Below the pieces are notes generated by a model. It saw only the letters and a program-made list of their open reading frames with translations, was not told where the DNA came from and did no database searches. DNA of 64,000 bases from Lytechinus pictus. Its lineage: Eukaryota. The position numbers were made by a program, and so were the translations under genes. How positions within the stretch are numbered: position 1 is the stretch's first letter; each line of letters opens with the position of its first letter. Positions 1 through 12,000 of the stretch are shown here, piece after piece. The DNA lies in the NCBI RefSeq assembly GCF_037042905.1, contig NC_087251.1:3412001-3476000 (forward strand), read 5' to 3'.

Positions 1-908
1 TGATAATTAATTTGAGGTGATGGGGTATTCTTTGTGTTCAAGCCAGTCTAGACCTGATCATAAAAACATTTTCTACTAAGATTACTTTGTTCTTACCAAG
101 AATAAAACACTTAGTACTATTATTATTATTATCATACATAATTTTTGAGCTGGTTTCAGTGACATTTCCCAAAATGCAGTGAGAAATAATTTAGTTTAAA
201 CATATCTTCATTCAAAATAACGCTATTCATAAGTAATGCATTTATATGTATCACTCAAATATCTCAATCATTAGGGATGCAGTCAAGGCCAGTATTTCTG
301 AGTCACAAGGCCATTGAAAAAAAACATCTCCCATACCCTTTTTACACCAAACTTGGCCAGAGGCCAAGGCCAGTCTTGACTACATCCCTTAAAAAACAAA
401 GTAAAAGTGAAAATCAAACTCACAAAAACTTGAAATGTAAATTTATTATTGAATACAAATACATTCAAAAGAGAGGAAATGGGCTTTTCAAGGTGAGTAG
501 CTTATTCAAGCAAGATAGGCTAGAGGAGTGTAATGTACACATTTAAGAGTTGCTGTCTATAAGAGCACCAAAGATAAAACAAGAAAGAAGAGTACTGGAT
601 ACACTCATTATTTCATTCATGTGGCAATGAATTAATGATGGATAGCATTCAAGTAGATATTGTATTTTAAACAATCAATGTACATTATTCAATCAATATT
701 CAAGCTCATGGAGTACTCAATATAACAAAGAAGACATAATTTGCAAGTATATATCTGTTTTCACTTTGGCATGCATAAACTAATTTAAAAAGATAGTACC
801 ATCGTGCACTTTGGTTTAAATTTGTATTTTTGTAAATTGTATATAATTCCTAGTTAATTTCATTTTCAAACAAAATCAATTTGAAATCTCTCATTAGAAA
901 ATAAAAGG

Positions 909-1175
909 CAAAAAGAAGCTGCTGAAAACTGCTTATCTAATAAAAGAGAGCCAATGGAGTAAATTAGAAAGTCAAAAAGGGGCCTAAGCTTTCGATCCTA
1001 GCAGAATCTTCGTCGGAGGCAAAATGACAATCATATAAAGTGGAACAACCATAATATAGACCACAAACAGCTTGTTTGTGGTCTATATTATGGTTGTTCC
1101 ACTTTATATGATTGTCATTTTGCCTCCGACGAAGATTCTGCTAGGATCGAAAGCTTAGGCCCCTTTTTGACTTTC
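909..1175. mobile_element. Solo inverted PLE terminal-repeat insertion containing a perfect 105-bp palindrome
   Basis: Arms 965-1069 and 1073-1177 with a 3-nt loop (GCT). The right arm matches 38520-38620 with one mismatch. Flanked by the 14-bp direct repeat TAGAAAATAAAAGG (895-908 and 1176-1189). Confidence 0.88.
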
Positions 1176-3089
1176 TAGAAAATAAAAGGTATGACCTTCA
1201 CATAAGAGCTTGCACTTTTACCTCAAATCATGTGATGAATCAATGCAAGAGAAATTTTCAATTGAAAAAAACATGCATAATATATATTTTCTTCTTTTTG
1301 CTTTTAAAACAGTGCAAAGTTTATAAAAAGATTTAAACTTTCATTGCTTTGTTTGCAATGTCCAATTTATAAAGAGCAATGTCACATAGAATGAATCAGG
1401 TGTAATTACTTTACAAATATACCTCGTCTATTAATCATACATACAAGGATATAGTAATGAAATCTATCAGATAAATTCCAATGCTCAATACTCTGTACCT
1501 CTACAAATTGATAGATATATCATCTTACGAGCAAATATCAAACTAAATTTGATTTGATCATCACTACGAAAGAGGGGTAGATAAAAAGCAATATTTACAT
1601 CTGTATTTACAATAGAATAAAAGGTCACCCTTCATTATGTCATAATACTGTACTTGGATAGTACCATTACAGGAGACATCAACATGACTATAATTCTTCT
1701 ATCATACTCAAAATGTATCTATATATGACTACTCAACACCCTTACTTAGGCAAAGTGAATGAAACCCTTCATGAGAAATGCATCTAGCAAGCTAACTGCA
1801 ACCTACTAATATCTTGCCAAAGGACAGCGGCTAGGCATTAAACTGTTGATTTTTTTTTCAATTCACTAATAGGTGTGGTATTTAGCACACCAGGTTTCTG
1901 TAACATATAGACATACAATTAATTTACAATCAATTATAATGTATTGTACACAGTTAGCCAGGAAACTAAAATTGTGCTTAATTGTGAAATTAAGATACTC
2001 TATCCCTAATGTTACATGACATTGAACAAGTCTATTAATTTTATAGAAACATAACCATTTATTTCTTTATTTCAAGAAAAGGACAGAATGGCCACATTTG
2101 ATTGTTTTCTAAACTGCAAATAGCCATCACACACAGATTTACAATATTTTAATCAATTTATAAAAAATAAGGAATGCAGTAACTATTTTCAAAACCTCAT
2201 GGTTACAAAGGATTTCACATTCAATTTATATGATATATGAATCTTTTCCTGTGACCATCATCCAATATCAATACAATGAAGCTAATCTGGAATTCTGGAA
2301 ACAAAATACAAATGCAAGCAAACAATTATAAAGCAATTCATGTTTTTGGATCTTACAAAATGAGAGTAAAATTATGAAGGAAAAGGGTACTGGTAACATC
2401 TAGTCAGTACCAACACTTTTTTTTTCATGATAATAAGCAAAAATACCTGGCTGTCTCTAGTCTTTTAAAGTCAGATAATAATGGGAGCAGACATAGCCCT
2501 CGATCTGTGCCAGTAATGATAGAGAGAAATATTCATTTTCCTAGGCAATCATACAGGAAGAAACAAGGCACTGCACCAAAATAATGTGCTAATCTTATTT
2601 GTTGCAATGACCTTCAACCCTGGTATAAATAATTGAAATTAAATCAACAACAACACAGAACAGGAAAAACATTTATTAATGAGGTGAATATAACATTTGC
2701 TAGGTGTAATCCTCTACAGAATTGAAAGAATCAGATTAAACAGTGTTTAAACTTTGACAAAGTTGCAGTATATTATCATGACAATCTTACCTTCTTGTTG
2801 TTTTGAGATGTACAAGTATGATATAGAGCCATATATTTTATTTGTTTGAATGTGAAAAAAGTAATGAAAAAAAAAATGAAAGTACCTAATTGTTTTTTCT
2901 TTCTGAAATTGTGTTTAACTGTTCGAGCAACACCTTAGATCATCATTCATTGGAGGGACTTGACAAAGTTTTGAACGTTAGGTAATTTGATTTGATTTCA
3001 AATGTGTGGAAATTTGCTGCTGCTGATGTTAATAGCACTTATTTCCAGAACTCAAAATTATCATCAACATCTGCCACATCACACATGAT

Positions 3090-6000
3090 TCAAGCGTAGC
3101 TAATACTTGTATCGACTTCAAGATCCACACTGATAGGTTCATTCCCAAGATCTGGACCTTGGTCCTTCCTCCTAGCTGAGTAACTGGCCTGAAGCATTGA
3201 TGGAAGGGTGCGAACTGGATTAACAAAGTTATCACTATTAGCTACCTGGGAGAGTACATCAAGATCTTCAAGCTGACAGGCATCAGTCACCCGGAATTCA
3301 CCATCAAATTCAGAATTATTCTTGAACCATCGAAAAGATCTAAGAAAGTGAAGAAAAGGACAAAAGAATAGATTTAGTAGTCATAATTTTTGATAGACCC
3401 ATATCCTCAAAATGTTACATTATGTAAAAATGGAATTATTTATCTCCTAATTGAAAAACTGGAAGCTTGATACTTAAAATACCTTTTGAACTTGAGGAAT
3501 AATCATACAAAAAGTTACAAAAGAGATTAGCTTTGTTCTTTTTGTCTATATCACAGACTAATTAAACAGCCTACCATCTCCACTATACTTTATAATGACT
3601 TTATAGAAAATTCAATGAATAAGAGTCAATGTAAACACGCATCTTAAATGACAATATACTATAATCTAAATCTACTTTGCATGCTTATCTTTCAAACATA
3701 TCATATTTTCATAGAAAATAATTGATCTGATGACTAACTTCAGCATGAAACAGTATACTAAAATACACCATACAAAGATAATAATGATCCACTTGACTTA
3801 CCCCATGATATTACTGCTTTTTTTTCTTTTCATATATGTGAAGAAAGCTAGGACAAATATGACTGCTATGATGACTGTAACAGTGACTCCAACAATCACA
3901 GCTGGGGCTGGCCACAACAGCAAATTAAAAAGGGAAGAATTTGGATTTACACAGGAAATTCAATTACATGGAAAGACAAGGTGATAGTCAATAGCTACAA
4001 GCAGACTTGGCAGAGCTGTCCAATACATGTCAATAAGTCTTCAATCACAGTTGTTTAAAACACCTAATAATAACTTGACCTTAATTTGTGACACATATTT
4101 CTACAGGTAACTTAAATCAGGAACACTTTGGTAAGAAACACAGAAAACTATCTAGAATTAGCAATTTTCTACGTACAAATATGTCTTTTAAGGCTTGAAA
4201 AATGAACTTTAAGGCAACTTCTTTTACTTTAATTTAAATCTGATTTGAACTTATTTGATTATCAAGAATCTGTCAACATCTTTTTTATTATTCATATCAC
4301 CATGCCATGAACAAATCAAACAATCAGGAATGATTCATATTAATCTATTACTTGCTTATAACTTTGAGCTGCCATAAATGTATGTAAAGATTGATTTTGC
4401 ATATTAACAAAATCAAGAGATAAACACACCTGGGTGGTGGAGAATAGCCATGTTTTTTCCCTTAACTTTGCAGTCCATATAGCAGTCTCTATCTACTTGG
4501 TACCTGACACCATAGATCTCCAAGCTTTCAGTCTTCTTCACAAATCTAGTGTAGGCATCAAAGAGATCTGATGCCTGGTCAGTAGTTAATCCTGCAAGAC
4601 TGGCTTGGTATATAACACTTCCGTTCAAAAGTTTGTCATCTGGATATGAATTTAAATAAACTGTTCCAATTCAAATTATAATATGGAAACATGTAGTTCA
4701 AAATCATATTCATCTCAATCTTTTCAAGGTTACAGTGGTATTTTGTTTGGATACTTGTGAACCTTAATTATGATCAAATTATAAAAGTTGTAGAATACAA
4801 AACAATAGAAGGCCAGGCATCTATTTTTGTTACATTCATTCTAATATAAATTAATTCAGAACATTCAATGCAAGATATTATTTTTCACTAAACCATACAA
4901 AATCTCATCATTTATCTATTACATTATAAATAGCATACTTTTGTTTGTTTGAAAATATTCTAAGATTGGACACTTGCTATACTTGATAAGCACTATTTCC
5001 ACATCATTTCATTCTATATCATTTCAATTGTCAAATATGGAGAATCTATTTCCTAAATAAATGTCATCTTCCTGCTTCAATGGGGGTATTTCCTCTTCTC
5101 TGAATCAAGTACACACATTGTAATTAATATCACTGTAAAATGAAACATGCAGAGTAGATATTACAAATGATATTGTTTCAAATGGCATTTGTCTTCCTAT
5201 CCTGTTATGCAATAGAGATTGAGGCCATACCTTTTAGGTAATTTGAATTGAACCTGCACTTGCATTCTTCCTTGACACCTCTGACTACAGCATCCCTGAC
5301 TGAAGCCTTCCAGAGTAACCTTCCCTGCCACTGATCAAAGTCGGCATCCTCTAATCGTAGCTGTATCGTCTGTCCATACTCTACCTTGGGGCATGTATTA
5401 TCACTACCTGGTGTTGGACTGGAAAGCATGAATGCACTAGTGGTTCTTATATCACAGCAGGAACATCGTGAGATTGTTTCCTCTCCAGGAAGGTAGCTAA
5501 GACAAGACAAAGAGTTTGTAGATCAAAGTCAAATTCAAGAAATCACAAGAACATCAAGGTAAGTCTTTCAAATTAAGGTGATTACTATCATATCATCATT
5601 GCAAGTTCTGACATAATAGACAAGACAAATAATCACACAGAGGCATATGTTATAGTCTTTGAGAAAAGACACATCTAATGGCAGAATATACTTTGCTTAT
5701 TTTGTTAATTTATATGGTTTACTGATGGTTGGTCTAATATCACTTGGTCTAATCATCAGATGGGCTAACAACATTTGGGCTAAACCCAATTAGTCCCATT
5801 CTCTTTTGGTCTAATGACCACTTGGTCTAATAGCCAATTACTCTAATGTCCACTTGGTCTAATAGACAATTGGTCTAATGATCACTTGGTCTAATAGCCA
5901 ATTGGTCTAATGACCACTTGTTTAATAGCCAATTGGTCTAATGCCCCGTTGGTCTAATCGTCACTTGGTCTAATTTACATATGGTCTAATTGCCATTTCA

Positions 6001-9000
6001 TCTAATGTATTTTATTGTCACTAATTGGTCTAATTGATTTGGTCTAATAACAGTTCGTTCCATAGTCGGTTTCTAATACTAGTTGGTCTAATACCAGTTG
6101 ATCTAATCCTCACTTGGTCCATTATTTATGTGGTCTAATGAGCAGTTGGTCTAAAATGCAGTTGGTCTAATGTGCAGTTGGTCTAATTTCCATTTCGGCT
6201 AATCTCCACTTGGTCTAATTTCCACTTTGTCTAATTTCCAGATAGTCTAACATTCATTTCGTCTACATGCCACTTGGTCTAATTTGTAAAGTTTGGTGAC
6301 TCGTTTTCATTTTTCTGGTGAAATTATTTAAGTTACTTTCTGCGCGCCGGCTTCGAATCTTCACACACGCACCCCTCGATATTGGAGTACAGTCTGAGTG
6401 ACTGGACGTATATTTCCATTCCCAAATTTTGAAATTTTTTGAATTTTCAAAAAAGCCTTTGGGGCTGAAAAAAAATATTTGGGGATTAAAAAAAATTTGG
6501 GTATTTTTTGCTTATTTAAGGAGATTTTTTAGGTTTTGGTGAAAAACAATAAAATATGCAAATTTTCTGTAAAATAACACTAATATACGATCATAGAGGT
6601 GGAAAAAATAAGTTTTTATTTATCCACCTCTATGTATACGATCTACTGTAGATAGTTAACGGCTGGCTTAACCCAATCAGGGTTCCCAGCTTTTTAAGAA
6701 AACAAAAATCCCTGATTTTTCTCTGAAGTTTAAAAATTCCCTGAAAATTATTCAAACCCATTTTCAGGTTCCCATGTTTTCTAAGTTGTTGCGGTGAATA
6801 ACATGTATTATTATCTTTAAAGTCAAGTCCACCCCAGAAAATGTTGATATAAACTTAGAGAAAAATCTAACAAGCAAATCACTGAAAATTTCTTCAAAAT
6901 CTGATGTAAAATAAGAAAGTTATGAAATTTTAAAGTTTTTCTCAAAACAGTTATATGCACAACTCAGTAATATGCGAATGAGAGAGTCAATGATGTCAAT
7001 CACTCACTATTTCTTTTGTTTTTGATTGTTTGAATTGTACAATATTTCAATATTTACATAATTGACAGTAAAGTAATACTTAACTGAACCACATAATGTT
7101 AAAGAATGTTACTACCACATGTTCAGGGAGGAATAAAACTTGATTTCAAAGGGGAGAAAGTCAGAATACTACATATTTCATATAATAGAATAGAATACAA
7201 TACAATAGTGAGTAGGTGACATCATCAGTTTCCTCATTTGCATATACCAACCAGGATGAGCCTATAACTGCTGGGTGAAATTAAGCAAAATTTCAAAATG
7301 TAATAACTTTCTTATTTTACATCTGATTTTGATGAAATTTTCAGTGTTATGCTTGATGGATTTTTCTCTTTTTATTCAAATCATCTTTTTGTTGGAGTGG
7401 ACTTGTCCTTTACTTGTACTGTAGTTAAAGAGGCTGCACTAAAAAACCACCATAACCTGTCATTTAATGGATGTTGTTTTGATATGCAACAAAATATAAC
7501 AGAGTCTGACTATCGTGCTTTCGACTTTTAGGCCGATCAAAATTCTCTGATTTTGCCCTTATTTCAGGCATTTCCCCTGATTTGAATAATTTTAAAAATC
7601 AAACTCCCTGATTTTTTCCGACTGGAAATTTTTTTTTCCTGATTTCCCTAAAGGGCTGGGAACACTGTCAATCCATTTCAGGGAGGAGGCAAAGAAGTAG
7701 AATAAAAAAACAGAATGAGAAGATAAGACGAATGACTACTGTGGTTATAACTGATAAAGGTCTGCAAGCATAGACTATACTATGTTATTACATGTGATCA
7801 CTTCTATGAAGAAGGTAAGAATGAGTCATGGCTGCTACCAAGATGGTCGCAGTGATGTTCCTCCCTTTCATACGGTAAAAAAAATTGTAATTTGAATAAT
7901 GATTCCAGTAAAAAATAAGGCTAATGACCAATTTTTAGCTCGTGTGAAACCAAACCTGAACATGAATAAAATCACAAATGCTAATCACTATCACGAAATC
8001 AAATTCTACTCCAGAGGTGAATTTCACTTAAGTTTCTCTAAAATCACAGTTTTCGAGTGTGCGTGTGAAAGGTTCGATGATTCTAAAGATGAATTGCAAT
8101 CATCATTACAATGATTCAAGATTCACGTGTCGCAGCTAACCCAATAAACCTGTATAGTGATCAAACTATCCGCCCTTTCACAAGGTAAAAAAATTTGTAA
8201 TTTGAATTACCGGTATGATTCCAGTGAAAAATAAGTCCAATGACAAATTTTTAGCACGTGTGAAACCAAACTAGAATCACGAACGCTAATCACAATCACA
8301 AATTCAAACTCTACTCCAGAGGTGAATTCCAGTTAAGTTTCATACAAATTACGGTACAAATTTTACGTGTAAAAGGCTTGACCTCCAAAACATCTTTTGG
8401 GGGCGGAGCTTACGTGTCATTTCAGGCACTTCCGTAGATAATACAATTGTCATGCACTCATTGTACTGATGCAGTGCTATGATTGTCAAGTCACCGAGGA
8501 CACACACCACCTTTGCTTGGGAATTCGAATTCGAATCACAGTTTTCGAGTGAACTTGTGAAAGGTCCGATGATTCTGAAGACGAATTGCAATCATCAATA
8601 CAATGATGATTCAAGATTCACGTGTGAGAAGGCCCAGAATCTAACTGGTCTATTATTTGCCTCCAAACTAACTATTGAAATAACTTAACAAAATATTCAA
8701 AACACAATTACATGATCTAATGGCTTTGTAACATTTGGAATCCCCCAAACTGCATACTATTTGCTCATTTTCCGTCAAGTTCAAGTATCGTCTGTAATGG
8801 TACATAACAATGATTATAAAAGAGGCATAAACATTTTTACCAGATACGTAACCACACATTCAATTACATTATATTTTTGTTCCTTTCTTCATAATGAAAT
8901 TCTGATGAAACCTCGCCATTCGACCATTATAAGCTACAAAGTCCCCAACTTATTGTTAACCCAATACTTAGTATCTGTAAATGTGCATGCGATGATGTAA

Positions 9001-12000
9001 TGATTATGAGACTTTTGAGTATGATATAATTTTCATCATCTATACAGTGCGTATCAAAAAGAAGTTTACACTTTGAAAAAGCCCTGGGAATTAAAAAATA
9101 TACAACATGTGGGTAATTTTTTCACATATATTCTTGGGTTTGGCTCTCATCTATCCAATGAAAGTAGAAGTTATGACAGAATGTTACACTTGAGTAAGCA
9201 CTGTCCATTTTTGTAAAGCTCGCAGAAATCTGTTTGCGCAGAAATGCTCGTTTTCAAGCTATGTCAAAAATCAAACTTACCCTGCGAAACATTTCTCATA
9301 CATTTCCCTTGCACTTTTAACGGATTGACATAAAACGATTGACATAAAACGGATCATACATTCAAGCATTTTGTAACAATTTTGCCACCCAAATTGAACT
9401 TTCAACACTTAGTAAGCACAACCCTTACCCTTTTTGTGCCAGCTGGATCTGAGGACATAACTGAATCTGAACAAAAGTTAATTGCAGACATATCCAGCAT
9501 TTTTCGCTATGTTTTTATCATTTAAAGTGGGTTTACATTTCATTTTTAATGTAATACTTGTTTCTCCACACTTGACAATGATTAACAAAATAAAAATCAA
9601 GCCTAAGCCATTTCATGTAAATCGCAGCTCAGTGTAAGGCAAATATCGTCACGATGGCCTCGGTGTGTGGGGTAGTGAATGGGGCTCAATGCACTCTCTG
9701 AAGTGTTTTGGGCAAGGAAACAAGTTTAAAAAGGTAAAAGATTGTGCCCACCAGCCTTACCCCAGCTCTACCCCTCCGGATCATGGCGACATGTATTAAC
9801 TGATTCATGGTGTATTTATCTATTCATTACCATATTTCTTAATTCTAGATCAAATAAAAATTATACAAAGTGACGATTATCCCAACTGAGCATTAGACCA
9901 ATTGGATATTAGACCAATTGGATATTAGACCAATTGGATATTAGACCAAGTGTTCATTAGACCAATTGGATATTGGACTAAGTGGTCATTAGACCAAACA
10001 GTCATTAGATCATTTGAAAATTAGGCAAAATGAAAATTAGACCAAGTGGAAATTAGCCGAAGTGGAAATTAGACCAAGTGGTGTTAGACCAACTGGAAAT
10101 TCAACTAAATGGTTTCAGCCCAACTGCTCATTAGACGAATTGGATATTAGACCAAGTGGGAATTAGACGAATTGGATAATACACCAAGTGAGAATTAGCC
10201 CGACTCGTTATCAGCCCAAATGGAAATTACACAAATTGGATATTAGACCAAGTGGGAATTAGACGAATTGGATATTAGACCAAGTGGTCATTAGACCAAG
10301 TGGTCATTAGACCAATTGGATATTAGACTAAGTGGTCATTAGACCAAACAGTCATTAGACCATATGAAAATTAGGCAAAATGAAAATTAGATCAAGTGGA
10401 AATTAGACCAAGTGGTGTTAGACCAACTGGAAATTCAACTAAATGGTTTTAGCCCAACTGCTCATTAGACGAATTGGATATTAGACCAAGTGGGATGAAT
10501 TGGATAATAGACCAAGTGAGAATTAGCCCAACTGGTTAGTAGCCCAAACGGAAATTAGACAAATTGTATATTAGACCAAGTGGGAATTAGACAAATTGGA
10601 TATTAGACGAACAGGTTGTAGACGAAATGGGTTTAGATTGTGAAGTTGGATGAACTGATAAGTAGACCAAGTGGTATTAGACCATGCGATAATTCACCAT
10701 TTATACATAAAGTTTTATGGTAACTCTTCATTACAAAGTTTCATATCATAAATTGGCATCCGTAAAGTATAAATGTTATTTATAACCTGTGAAGGCTGTT
10801 TAGATCAGTAGTGCAAACTATAAGAGGATATCCTTAACTACAATAGTATCAGATTAAATTAATGAAAAGAGATTAACTGTACCATTACAATCTAAACTGT
10901 GCAGGTCATGATTAATCTGGAGAAAACCGAATGTATCTGAACTAAAAATCATGAATAAACAACTCCTTGGATAACCATGTTAAATGTATACTTGTAAAGA
11001 AAAGTGACAATTCAACGTTTTCCATTCACAAAAATAAAATTTATTAACAGATGAAATATGCATATGGGGTATAAAAGTTAACATCCCCAAAATATGTAAT
11101 ATCTTTAATTAAAATAAAATAACTTGAGGGGTGTTTGAGATGAAGCAATACTTGAGTGAAGAGTTTATGAAGTTTCAGTCTCACCTTGATTCTTCCTCAA
11201 TGACTTTCCCATCTGATGTAAGCTCACTCAATGCCTTGCTCTCAGGTCTATTATGTCCTCTGTAAACCAAAACATCCACTATCCTGGCCATTGGAACCAT
11301 AGATCCCACTCTGAAATCCACAGGTTTACCTCTACAGAGAGCTACAGCGCCCCCTACTGTCTTCAAAACTCCATCAGTTACAGAAGGAAGTGTAACCTTT
11401 GGTAGCGGTACCAGACTATCAGTTCCGATGACCAAGAAACCTTTTTCATCCAGTGACTGTCCAGACAAGTCGACCACGTAAGACACCTTAGCAGAATCAT
11501 CATCTTCCATCACAATCAACACTGAATATCTGTCAAGAGTGATATTTGCTGGTCCTTTCAGCTCAATGAATTCCTTGCCACCGGTCAATGGATCAAATGG
11601 GTTAATCTCATTGATAATTACTACATCAGGACTTGGAGTAACTGGAGGATTTGATGAACAGAAGTTTGGTTGCTTAGGTGATGGTTGTAGTAATTTGTAA
11701 GCAGATGAAAGCAGAGGTTGACAGCATTTGCAGCGGCTTATGCTCTCTGATCCTTGGTAGAAGTTACTACCGACTGTTACCTGAGCTTGACCTAAAAGGG
11801 ATAAACGCAATGGATATCTAGTTAAACATTCAGTTTCTACAACAAGAATATCTTATGAGAATTTTTGATTCAACCCAGGCCTGTGGTGAAAATTAGAAAT
11901 AAACTATTTGCTCAGTATCAATTCCATTATAATAATTTATAAAATAAGCCCTTGACCAATTTCATGTTTATAAAAAAAAAGAAAAAGGGCTATTCAGGCC

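Larger units (their letters stand above)
5716..10698. mobile_element. Foldback (TU/FB-like) element with long inverted arms built from ~20-bp tandem units
   Basis: Left arm 5716-6285 of (CACTTGGTCTAAT..)n and right arm 9890-10698 of (ATTAGACCAAGTG..)n. Outer ends align as inverted repeats. Flanks are ATTTATAT (5708-5715) and ATTTATAC (10699-10706). It occupies most of the 5497-11184 intron. Confidence 0.75.

Noticed and set aside
3205..3230. FVNPVR as an FxNPxY endocytosis motif
   Set aside because: The essential Tyr/Phe is replaced by Arg.
5716..10698. CRISPR-like appearance of the regularly spaced CACTTGGTCTAAT / ATTAGACCAAGTG arrays
   Set aside because: Units are ~20 bp with only 6-9 variable bases, there are no cas genes, and they lie in a spliceosomal intron. 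Better explained as foldback arms.
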